Positions 39,231 through 50,900 of a DNA stretch of 64,000 nt are shown in pieces; the stretch's first letter is position 1, and the number at the start of each line of letters is the position of its first letter. Both the position numbers and the translations under genes were made by a program. The stretch is from assembly GCF_020745735.1 (NCBI RefSeq), contig NC_083435.1, positions 13,671,201-13,735,200 of the forward strand, given 5' to 3'. Source of the DNA: Hemiscyllium ocellatum (taxonomy: Eukaryota). Under the pieces are notes generated by a model. That model did not search any database. It saw nothing but the letters and a program-made list of their open reading frames with translations, and was not told the DNA's origin.

Positions 39231-40616
39231 AGGGAGTAGGGATAGCCCTAGTAACTATAGGCCAGTGAGTCTGACTTCAGTGGTGGGCAAAGTCTTAGAG
39301 AGAATGGTAAGGGATAAGATTTATGAACATCTAGATAGGAATAACGTGATCAAGGATAGCCAGCATGGTTTTGTGAAGGGCAGGTCGTGCCTCACAAACC
39401 TTATTGAGTTCTTTGAGAAGGTGACTAAGGAAGTGGACGAGGGTAAAGCAGTAGATGTTGTGTATATGGATTTTAGTAAGGCGTTCGATAAGGTTCCCCA
39501 TGGTAGGCTAATGCTAAAACTACGGAGGTATGGCATTGAGGATACATTAGAGGTTTGGATTAGGAATTGGCTGGCTGGAAGGAGACAGAGGGTAGTAGTT
39601 GATGGACTATGTTCATCTTGGAGTGCAGTTACTAGCGGTGTACCACAAGGATCTGTTTTGGGACCATTGCTTTTTGTTATCTTTATAAATGATCTAGAGG
39701 AAGGGCTTGAAAGCTGGGTAAGCAAGTTTGCGGATGACACAAAAGTCGGTGGAGTTGTGGATAGTGAGGAAGGAAGTGGCAGGTTACAGCGGGATATAGA
39801 TAAGTTGCAGAGCTGGGCAGAAATGTGGCAAATGGAATTCAATGTAGCTAAGTGTGAAGTCATTCACTTTGGTAGGAGTAACAAGAAGATGGATTACTGG
39901 GCTAATGGTAGGCTACTTGGTAGTGTGGATGAGCAGAGGGATCTTGGTGTCCATGTACACAGATCTCTGAAAGTTGCCACCCAGGTAAATAGTGCTGTGA
40001 GGAAGGCATATGGTGTACTGGGCTTTATTGGTAGAGGAATTGAGTTCCGGAGTCCTGAGGTCATGTTGCAACTGTATAAGACTCTGGTGCGGCCTCATCT
40101 GGAGTATTGTGTGCAGTTTTGGTCGCCATACTATAGGAAGGATGTGGAGGCATTGGAACGAGTGCAGAGGAGGTTTACCAGGATGTTGCCTGGAATGGTA
40201 GGAAAATCTTATGAGGAAAGGCTGAGGCACTTGGGGCTGTTCTCATTGGAGAAGAGAAGGTTTAGGGGAGATTTGATAGAGGTGTATAAGATGATTAGGG
40301 GTTTAGATAGGGTCGACACTGAGAACCTTTTACCGCTAATGGAGTCAGGTGTTACTAGGGGACACAGCTTTAAATTAAGGGGTGGTAGGTATAGGACAGA
40401 TGTTAGGGGTAGATTCTTTACACAGCGGGTTGTGAGTTCATGGAATGCCCTGCCAGTAGCAGTGGTGAACTCTCCTTCTTTATGGTCATTTAAGCGTGCA
40501 TTGGATAGGCATTTGGAAGTTATTGGGCTAGTGTAGGTTAGGTAGGATTCGGTCGGCGCAACATCGAGGGCCGAAGGGCCTGTACTGCGCTGTATCTTTC
40601 TATGTTCTATGTTCTA
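39231..40616 (+). mobile_element. Young 5'-truncated CR1/HER1 LINE insertion; unit 3 only
   Basis: Absent from unit 2, where the flanks are contiguous (tttg-ctgag-atatttgtat). It has an intact 3' tail tctatgttctatgttcta and no target-site duplication. Confidence 0.95.
39265..40536 (+). CDS. Uninterrupted CR1 reverse-transcriptase ORF fragment (423 aa; the upstream GTG start is not a natural start)
   Basis: YMDFSKAFDKVPH, GVPQGSVLGP, FADDTK and KCEVIHFG motifs with no stops. Confidence 0.9.
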   Translation: MSLTSVVGKVLERMVRDKIYEHLDRNNVIKDSQHGFVKGRSCLTNLIEFFEKVTKEVDEGKAVDVVYMDFSKAFDKVPHGRLMLKLRRYGIEDTLEVWIRNWLAGRRQRVVVDGLCSSWSAVTSGVPQGSVLGPLLFVIFINDLEEGLESWVSKFADDTKVGGVVDSEEGSGRLQRDIDKLQSWAEMWQMEFNVAKCEVIHFGRSNKKMDYWANGRLLGSVDEQRDLGVHVHRSLKVATQVNSAVRKAYGVLGFIGRGIEFRSPEVMLQLYKTLVRPHLEYCVQFWSPYYRKDVEALERVQRRFTRMLPGMVGKSYEERLRHLGLFSLEKRRFRGDLIEVYKMIRGLDRVDTENLLPLMESGVTRGHSFKLRGGRYRTDVRGRFFTQRVVSSWNALPVAVVNSPSLWSFKRALDRHLEVIGLV

Positions 40617-42494
40617 TATTTGTATAATTCATAGTCACAGGTGAGGTGCCAGAAGACTGGAGATCGGCTCACGTGGTGTCACTGTTTAAGAAAGGTGGTA
40701 AGGTCAAACCAGGGAACTATAGACCAGTGAGCCTGACGTTGGTGATGGGCAAGTTGTTGGAGGAAATCCTGCGGAACAGGATGCACGTGCATTTGGATAG
40801 TTCAGGAGTATTTAGAGGTAGTCAACATGGTTTTGTGCGTGGCAAATTATGTCTCACAAATTTATTTTTTTGATGAAGTAACAAAGAGGATTGCTGATGG
40901 AAGGGCGGTAGGCATGATCTATATGGACTTCACTAAGGCTTTCGACAAGGTTCCCCACGGGAGATTGGTTAGCAAGGTTAGATCTCATGGAATACAGGGA
41001 AAACTCGCCATTTGGATACAGAACCTTCTCAAAGGGAGAAGACAGAGGGTGGTGTTGGTGGGTTGTTTTTCAGACAGGAGGCCTTTGACCAGTGGAGTGC
41101 CACAAGGATTTGTGCTGGGTCCACTACCTTTCATAATTTATAGAAATGATTTGGATGTAAGCATAAGAGATATATTTTGTACGTTTGCTGATGACACCAC
41201 ATTGGAGGTGCAGTGGACAGCAAAGAAGGTTACCTCAGATTACAATGGGATCTTGATCAGACGGGCTAATGGACTGAGAAGTGGCAGATGTATTTTAATT
41301 TAGATAAATACAATTTGCTGCATTTTGGGAAAGCAAATCTTAGCAGGACTTATTCACTTAATGGTAATGTTCTGGAGAGTGTTGAGAGACCTTTGAGTGC
41401 AGTTTCATAGCTTCTTGAAAGTGGAGTCGCAGATAGATAGGAGAGTGAAGAAGGCATTTAGTATGCTTTTCTTTATTGATCAGAGTATTAACTACAAGAC
41501 TTGGGAGGTCATGTTGCCGCTGTAGAGAACACTGGTTCGGCCACATTTGGAACATGGTGGGCAATTCTGGTCTCCATTCTTTCGGAAAGATGTTGCGAAA
41601 CTTGAACGGGTTCAGAAAAGATTTGCAAGGATGTTGCCAGGGTTGGAGGATTTGTGCTATGGGGAGGGGTTGAATATGCTAGTGTTGTTTTTTTCTGGAG
41701 CGTCATAGACTGACGGGTGACCTTATAGAGGCTTATAAAATCATGAGTGGCATGAATAGGATAAATAGACAAAGTCATATATACGGACTTTAGTAACGCG
41801 TTTAATGAGGTTCTGCATGGTAAACTAATGGAGAAAGTGAATTCACATGGTTTTCAAGGGTTCTAGGTAGGTCGATAAAGAACTGGTCATGCAACAAGAG
41901 GCAGAGAGTAGTCATTGAAGGGATTTCCTCAAAATGGAGAAAGGTGACCAATTGTGTTCTGCAGGGGTCAGTGTTGTGGCCACTGTTGTTTGTAATATAT
42001 ATAAATGATCTGGAAGAGGGCACTGTTGGCATGGTCAACAAGTTTGAAGATTACACGAAGATTGGTGGAGTAGCAGAAAGTCTAAGGGTCTGTCAAAGAA
42101 TACAGGAGGATATACATAGATTGGAGAGTGGCAGATTGATTTCAATCCAGACAAATGTGAGGTGATGCATTTAGGGAAGACTAATTCAACAGAGAATTAT
42201 ACCTAGAGGGCATAGGTTTGTTGTGAGAAGGGAAAGATATTTTCATGCAGAGGGTGGCGCATGCATGGAATTAGCTGCCAGAGGAAGTGGTGGAGGCTAG
42301 TACAATTCCTATGAATAGGAAGGGTTTGGAAGAATATTGACGTGTGCTGGCAGATGGGACTAAATTGGGTTGGGATATCAGGTCGGCATGGACGAGTTGA
42401 ACTGAAGGGTCTGTTTCCATGCTGTACATCTCTATGACTCTATGACTCCATTTAATCATGCATAATTTTAATGATATTTTGAATTGCTACTTAC

Positions 42495-42603
42495 ATTTGG
42501 CATCCTTATTGTTAATTTGTCCATTTTCCATGTTGTCACATTTGTTGTCTGTAAATATTTTACAACACATTCTTTCTTTGCCAAAACGCCCCCTGGCTTG
42601 TTG
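42495..42603 (-). other. Exon-like 109-bp segment (copies 26648-26754; 13239-13343 with donor destroyed)
   Basis: Acceptor tttctgttttcttactttataactacag and donor GTAAGT. The phase-1 frame is closed and the product is not recognised. Confidence 0.4.
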
Positions 42604-44863
42604 CTGTAGTTATAAAGTAAGAAAACAGAAATACAACACCATATGGATAGTTTTTAATTCCACTAAATTTATAATTCATGGTAACTACTTGCATATCAAA
42701 ATTGGGGAAATTGAGAATGGCAAACCTGAGCTCTCTATTTTGTAAATTATTTATTGACATTGACCATAATTCGTTTGTGTATTTTAATACCAAATTGATA
42801 CAGATTTAACACGGGAAATAAACGGGCCTTCTGTTTTGTACTTTCAAGGTGAATGATATGGCTCTCCTTTCATTTTATTTCATTTGAATGTGTGCATTCG
42901 GACCAGCAATAGGCAATTTTAACCAACCTGCATCAACTCTGACATTTGATAAGACCACGGCAAATCTGATTGTGCGCCCAACCTCACTATCCTAATTTCC
43001 ATGATGCCCTTTTAAGAGTCTTCACCCAGAATCTAACTCAGTCCGAAATAATGCAATGTCACCACTGCCCGCTGGATCAGAAAAACATGCAGATTAACAG
43101 CTGTTTGATAGAATAGAATTCTTCTCAACATCATTTTGAAAATTTGATCCCTCATGTTTCTTCTTAATATGTCCCCAAGTTTTAGAAAGGGAAACTTCTT
43201 CTCTACATCTAAATCATCAAATCCCTTAGAACCGTGTATGTTTACATGAGATTATATTACATGACTCGAAACGGCAATGAGTATATCGATAACTTGCCCA
43301 GATTTCATAGAATCTCAGAATTGTAAGCGTGTGGAGAAATACCATTAATTCATCATAGCTGTACTCTTTCTTTAAGCATTTGAACTTAAAGTCATACTCC
43401 TGCCTTTCCCACACATACCTGCACACCTTGTTATTTAAACAATCATCCAGTGCCCTCTTGAATGCTCAACTGAACTTCCCTCAACTACTCAGCTTGTGAA
43501 GAATAGTTTTTTTTTTCTAACCTTGCATTTGCTTGTATCACCGAACACTTTAAACCTATGCCTTCTCAGACTCAATAAATTTCCACATGGGAACACTTTC
43601 GCACGATGAACTCTGTTCAGAAGCCTCAAAGACTTATGGAGTCATGGAATCATGCAGCACAAAAACAGACCCTTTGATCATACCAATCAATACCGAACAT
43701 AAACCCAAACTAAACTAATCCAACCTTCTTGCTCATGGCCCATATCCCTCCAAACCTTTCTCATAATCCAAATGTATTTTAAACATTGTAAATCACTCAT
43801 ATCCACTACTGCCTCAGGAACTTCATTCCACATGCGAACCATCTTCTCCGCAAACAGAAATACCCGTCATGGCCTTTTTAAACCTCTCTCCTCTCACTTT
43901 AAAAATGTGCGCCCAGTCTTGAACTCCCCATCCAGTGGATAAAAAGCAATTACCATCTATACCCCTCACTATTTTATAAACTTCTATAAGGTCTGCTCTC
44001 AATCTTCTACATGACTTCGAAACGTCTATGAAATCTACACTTAGCCTTTTTGACTCCAAGGAAATTAAGATCATCATCACAAATCTTTCCACAAAATTAA
44101 GTTTCCCATTCCATTCTTCTCAACCTCCTCTGCACACTTTCCGAAGCATTCACATCTCTTCAATAGGTGACGCTCAGAATTATACTCCAGCTGAACTTCA
44201 ATCATTGATCTGTGTATGTTCATCATAAATTCCCTGTTTTTGTGCTCTATGAAGTCAAACTTACTGCTTGATGTTTTAACAGCTCCCTGCCGCTATCTCC
44301 TGCCAATTTTAATGACTGCTATGCATATGCACTCAAGTTCTCTACTCCTTCGTGCTTTAGATTTTTCAATATATAACATTTCTCCATGTTCCTTGCACCA
44401 AAGTGTATCCCCTCACAATTCTCTGTAATGAACTTGAAGGCCCACCCAACTATCCACTCCACCAACAGCGTACTATCCTTTCTAAGTGCTCCACTGCTGT
44501 GCTCATACTTCGCAATTTTCCTGAATTTCGTGTCAACAGAAACTTTGAATTTGTCTCCTGTACATTAAGGCCAAGAAAATTTATTTTTTCACCACACAAC
44601 TTCTGCAGCCAAAAATAGTCGAATGAGCATCTGCTAAATTGTTTCTAATGCAGTTATTACCCTTTTGCAATGGACCCACTACTTTTCACAACTTCATGGA
44701 CTGAAGGGGGGGGGGGGGCGGTTCCTCTCCCACCTTTTCAGCGAGAATGCTGCTCCATGAAAACAGACATTACGACTACGGCTCAAAGTGTAGGATTTCA
44801 TTGCTAAAACATAAAAATGTTTTTAATTTGGAATTGGTCACATCAGCGCGATTTCGTAGTTAA

Positions 44864-44934
44864 GCGCCGTTAGTGTAATGGTATCATGCAAGATGCCCAT
44901 TCTTGTGATCTGGGTTCGATTCCCATGCGGCGCA
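44864..44934 (+). tRNA. tRNA-Gly(CCC)-derived copy 5; probable pseudogene
   Basis: Anticodon loop TGCCCAT (invariant U33 changed to G), C49:T65 mismatch, T7:G66 wobble, and a T6 terminator at 44941-44946. Confidence 0.8.
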
Positions 44935-47900
44935 GTGCCGTTTTTTAAAACCAGGAGTATGGGTTCTGAAGGTCGTAAACCAAAACTGAAGTCGCTGGTG
45001 AAATTCAGCAAACGTCAGAGTCGATATTTCGAGGACTGTGACTCTGCTTTCATCTCACAGGTGAAGCAGGACCTGCCGAGTTTCGCCAGCAATTCTTGAT
45101 TTTTTGGAAGATTGGGGAGTGATTTCAATCGCAGAGGCTTGTGAAAGGCAAAAGAGACCCAGAGTCAGAGTAAGGACAACACTGGAATTCCTTGAAAAGG
45201 ATCAGTATCAGAAAGGGATAATGTCAAAGGTCAAAACATGGTGGATAGGTGCACTGTTAGGTCAAGCTGGGAAAAGAGGCAAGTAAAGGAAAAGGGTCTC
45301 TGTGTGACAACATCAAGATCAGTTTCTAGTCTTGAGCTCGCCTCCACTAACACCTCTGGCAATTCGCTGGATTATCCACATCGTCCATTTGCTCATGATA
45401 AAGATATGCAGTCTTTAAAAGTGTAGCCCCGAAATAAACAGTCTCAATACATGGGCGTGTACGGAATAATTTGTGGTCTATCTTTGTGGGCGTACAGAGT
45501 TTCTGTCATTGTACTTTGCAGAGAGAAATGGCCCAACCACAAGATCTCCAAGATAGAGGTCACCAAGTAAAATGCCACATTACTAGTTATTTTGGAAATT
45601 AAAAAGCAGAAGCAATATTTCAATGCAAATGAATCTTTCGTGCGGCTGTGTGATTTTGCTGTGCACCAATGTTACGTTTCAATAAATTTCAACATTGTTC
45701 GCTGTAAATGGACGGAAACCCACATACTAGCAGCTTTTAGGAGTGTTCTGACAGTGAGAGAATAAATAAAAACAACTTACTCAGAGGTCCATTCACCGGA
45801 CTCACAATTCATGGAAAAAAATGTTAAACAGAACCCACGAAAAGAAGGCTGAATTCACTCCTACAGCATTCCAAAAGCAGAAGGTCAAATGCATGCATGT
45901 GAACCATTGAAAGGTGGTTTTAGTTAGATCATTAGTTTAATGCTAAGGTCGACTCTTCGGGGGGCATGGTGCCTTAGTGACTTAGTGGTTAACCTTGCTA
46001 CCTCACAGTACTAGAAACCCGGGTTCAATTCCGACCTCGGGCAGTTGCCTCTGTGGAGTTTGCAAGTTCTCCCGTGTCTGCGTGGATTTCCTCCCACCAT
46101 ACAAAGATGTGCAGGTTATGTGGATTAACTCTGCTCAATTGTCTATAGGGTTAGTTGCATTAGTCAGCTGTATATGTTGGATACGGGAATGGGTCTGGGT
46201 GTGTTTCTGTTGGGAGGGTCGGTGTGGATTTGTTGGGCCGAAGGGCCTGTTTCCAATCAGTAAGAAATCTAAACTTACCCAGTTGGCAACAGTAACATTG
46301 CTGGTCACTTTAAAATGTCAAGCATGTGACAACACCATTCTACAAATAAGACACCAACCGAGATTACAAACAAAATCTTTAACGATTGTGTCTGAATGCA
46401 CGCAAACTGCTGTTGACTTTCCTGGTGATTAAATATTTAATTGTACCCGACAGCCAAGGCCTCGCTCTGTTAATTATTGTTTTTAAGTCGGAGCAATATT
46501 AGCTGACACTACCACGTGAAAATGTAAATTTGCACTGAGTGGTCTGTGGTTGTTTTTCAAAAACTGCTTTTTAAACATTCTTTCATACATCCTGAGTCTC
46601 TCTGACAAGACCATAATGAGATTCCCCTCACAATTCACACTTGAGCTATGTGGCGCTTTTGAATAAGTGCAACAACATTTTCAGTCTCAAGCTTCAAGTC
46701 GACTAGAAGGAGTAAATATGATACTTTCCTACAAGTTCTTTCTTTATTATGATATATCCATGGTAACTGAGCCTGTGATTAGCTTCAAGTCCATCTCTTT
46801 TTTTAAAAATACAATTTACATTGATGGGATTTGAGTGTGAGTATGGGCATCTGGTTAACTGGCCCAGTCACACGGTTTTTATGCCAACATCTTCTACAAG
46901 AAAAGAAATACAGAGTTTTGACATACCAACGGTGAGCAATGGCGACATGGTTCCAAGTCAAGATGTTAAGGTGTCTGTCTTGGACAGGGATGGCAGCTCT
47001 TGGTGTTTGCATGCATTTTCTGCCCTTGCTGTTCTGACCAAAGTGCCCTAGTAATTCGCAGCTGTGCGTTTTGCGAATGGTTTTTGTAAAACTCTGATTC
47101 TGTGAACAACCTCCAGCTTCGAAAGTAGTACTTTTGGAATACCCTCAGGGGACATATGTCCTAACATTGACAGATATTGTTTAAAAAAAACATATGATTC
47201 ATTAATATCCTTTGTGCTTCTTAATGGAAGTGGTCATGGCAAGGAAGCTGCTGTTTAAAGATCTTGGGTGACTTTCTGCAGGGCATCTTGTAGCTAATAC
47301 ATACTGGAGCTACTGAGTGGTGAAGCATCGGTATGGATGTTAGTGAATGTTCTGCTAATCAAGTGAGACGTTTTGCCCTGAAATGTTGGTAGTGATGGAA
47401 TCAGCGATGGCAATGCCGTTGAATGCCTTTTGCTCTATGCTTGTATATTGAAAAGACTTAGTTGCATTTGGACATGGACTACTTGAGTCACGAATGGTGA
47501 TATCACTTGTGAACATTCCCACGTCTGACCTCATAATGGAGGGAAGGTCATTGATGAAGCAATTGAAGTGGTAGGGCCTGGAATACTAACCTGAGGAACT
47601 CCAGCAGATATGACCTAGAATTGAAACAATTGACCTTCAACAACTACAGTTTTGAACAGAGTGGCGAGGAGAGAGGGTAGAGAGGAGTGAGGGCTGCCGG
47701 GAAGTTTTTAAGTGGGTGAGATCTGGTGTCTGGCATTCAACCTGGCACTGAGGCTCAGAAAGGAAGGTGGGGGGTGCGGAGGGGGAACAGAAAAGCGCTA
47801 ATGGTAAGGGACTCAATCGTTAGACGGATTGACAGGATATTTTGTGGACAGGAATGGGACTCTCGGAAGGGATGTTGACTCCCCAGTGACAGGGTCTGGG

Positions 47901-50900
47901 ATATCGCCGATCGGGTTGACAGGATTCTGAAGGGGGAGGGTGAGCAGCCAAACATCGTGGCACAGATATATCCAGAAAAGGAATTCAGGATCTGAAAAGT
48001 GACTACAGAGAGCTAGGTTGAAGAGTAGGACGAGTAGAGTAGTGTTCTCAAGTTTGCTACTGATGCCAAGAAGCAGTGAGGGGAGGAACAGTCAGCAAGT
48101 GCAGCTTAACACATGGTTGGGAGGCTGGTGCTAGATGGAGGGTTTCAGATATTTAGACCATTGGGATGCCTTCTGGGGAAGTTGGGGCTTATATAAGCAG
48201 GACCGGTTGCACCTGAATTGGAGGGGCACAAATGTCCTGGGTGGGAGATTTGCCTGTGTGGTTTGGGAGTGTTTAAACTAGTTTGGCAAGGGGGTGGGAA
48301 CCAGAGCTACTTATCTGAGAGGGAGTAGTTGCAGATGGGGAAGTGACAGGATGCTGCGAATCTATCAGGAAGGTTTTTCATGTGATGAAACATAGGGATC
48401 ATTTAAGGTGAACCTGCTTTTAAGCGAAGAGTGTCAGAAATAAGAGTGATGAACGTTGAGTATGGATCAGTACTTGGGACTATCATGTTGTGGCCATAAA
48501 GGAGACATGTGTTTCACAGTGGCAGGAATGGTTGATAGATGTTCCAGGGTTTAGAGCGTTAAAAAAAGGAGCGTGGAAAAATAGGAGGGGGTGTAGCATT
48601 GCTATTCAGAGGGCACATCACAGCTACAGAAACGAAGGATGTTGAGGAAGGTTTGTCTACTGAGTCAGTATGGGTGGACGTTAGGAACAGCAAGGGAGCA
48701 GCCAACTGTTTTCTTCTAAAGAGCCCCAAATAGAAGTAAGGAGATTGAAGAACTCATAGGTCGACAGATTTTGGGGAAATGCGGATGTAGATAGGGGAAA
48801 CCATAAATGGGTTTTTTGCTTCGGTTTTCACGAAGGAAAAGGACCTTGTTGTGAATGAGCAATTTAAGGAGCTGGGTTATTAAGTAGAACAGATCATGAT
48901 GATGAAGCTGAAGTGCTGGGAAGTTTGACAAACATTAGGATAGATAAGTCCCCAGGCCAGACCAGATTTATCCTAGGTTGCTCCAGGAAACGAGAATGGA
49001 GGTTGCTAAGCTGATGGTGAAGATCTTTGTTTCCTCACTCCCAATGGAGGATTAGAAGGAGGATTAGGAGGAGGCGAATGCTGTTCCTCTTTTCAAGAAC
49101 GGGGATAGGGAAATCCCTGGCAGTTACAGACAGTCAGTCTTACGTCTGTGGTTTTCAAGGTTTTGGAAAGAATTCGGAGGGACAGGATCTATGACGATGT
49201 GGAAAAACATAGCGTGATTAAATACTGTCAGCATGGCTGCGTGAGGCGCAGGTCGTGCCTATCTAAACTTATTAAGTTCGTTCAGGCAGTGACGGGACAG
49301 ATCAAAGAAGGTAACGCAGTGGGTGTGGTGTATATGGACGTCAGCAAAGCTTTTGACAATGTTCCCAATGGTAGGCTCATTCGAAATGTCAGGAGGTATG
49401 GGATACAGGGAGATTTGGCTGCCTGGATTCAGAATTGGTTCGCAGACAGAAGGCAGAGAGTGGTTGCAGATGGAAAGTATTCTGCCTAAATGTCAGTAGT
49501 GAGTGGTGTTCCGCAGGGCTCTATTTTTAGATCTCTGCTGCTTGTAGGTTTTATAAATCACTTGGATGAGGAGGTTGAGGTGTGGGTTTGTAAATTTGCC
49601 GATGACACAAAGGTTGGAGGTGCCATTGTTAGCATTGAGTACTATTGCAGTCTGTAGAGCAGCGCAGACTGGATGCAAAGCTGGGCTGAGAAATAGCAGA
49701 TGGAGTTCAACCTGGATAAATGGGAATTGGTGTATTTTGGAAAGTCGAACTTGAAAGCTGGATATAGGATTAAAGACAAGGTTCTTGGCAGCGTGGAGAA
49801 ACAGAGGGATCTTGACTTTCAAGTGCATAGATCCCTCAAAGTTTCCACCCAAGTGGACAGAGTTGTTAAGAAAACATATGGAGGTTTGCCTTTCATTAAC
49901 AGGGGGATCGAGTTTAAGAGCTGCAAGATTTTGCTGCAGCTCTACAAGACTCTCGTGAGACCACACTTGGAATATTGTGTTCAGTTCTGGTCCCCATATT
50001 ATAGGAAAGATACAGAGAATTTGGAAAGGATGCAAAGAAGGTTTACCAGGATGCTGCCTGGAGTTGAGAACTTGTCTTCTGAAGAGACGTTGCCTAAGCT
50101 CAGACTTTTCTCTGTGGAGAGAAGGAGGAAGAGAGGTGACCTAATCGAGGTATCCGAGGTAATGAGAGACTTGGATAGAGTCAATAGCCAGAGACTTTTC
50201 CCCAGGGCAGAATTGACTGGCACGAGGGATCATTGTTTTAAGATAATAGAAGGAAGGCACAGTGGTGATGTCAGAGGTAGGTTCTTTATGCAGAGAGTTG
50301 TGAATGCCAGCGGTGGTGGTGGAAGCAGAGTCATTAGGGACACTTAAGCACCTGCTAGACATGCACATGGACAGCAGTGAATTGAGGGGTGTATATCTTC
50401 GGTTATTTTATTTTAGACTAGGACTATCCTCGACACAACATCGTGGGCAGAAGGGCCTGTTCTGTGCTGTACTTTTCTAAGTACTATGTTCTATGTTCTA
50501 ACCATCTACCAACCAGCAGAGAGTTTACCTCATGAGTGCCATAAATTTCAGTTTGCTCTGGCTCCTTGATCAAGATCAAATGCGGCCATGATGTCAAGAG
50601 TTGTCACTCTCACTTGATCTCTGGAATTCAGTTCTTTTCTCCATGGTTGACCCAAGGTTGTAATGAGGTCGAGAGCGGAGTGACCTAGTGGAATTCAAAC
50701 TGGGCATCAGTGAGAAGGTTGTTGCTAAGTAAGTGATCCATGATGGCACTGTTAATTAGATCTTCCATCTCTTTGCTAATGATTGGGAGTAGGGTGGTGA
50801 GGCAGTAAATTGACTCAGTTGGATGTGTCCTGCTTTTCGTGTACAGGACATAATCTGGGCAATTTCCGACATTGTTGGGTAGAGTCAGTGTTATACCTGC

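Noticed and set aside
39321-40230. Antisense ORFs (180 aa, 105 aa) over the young RT
   Set aside because: These are typical shadow frames opposite an intact RT, with no independent motifs.
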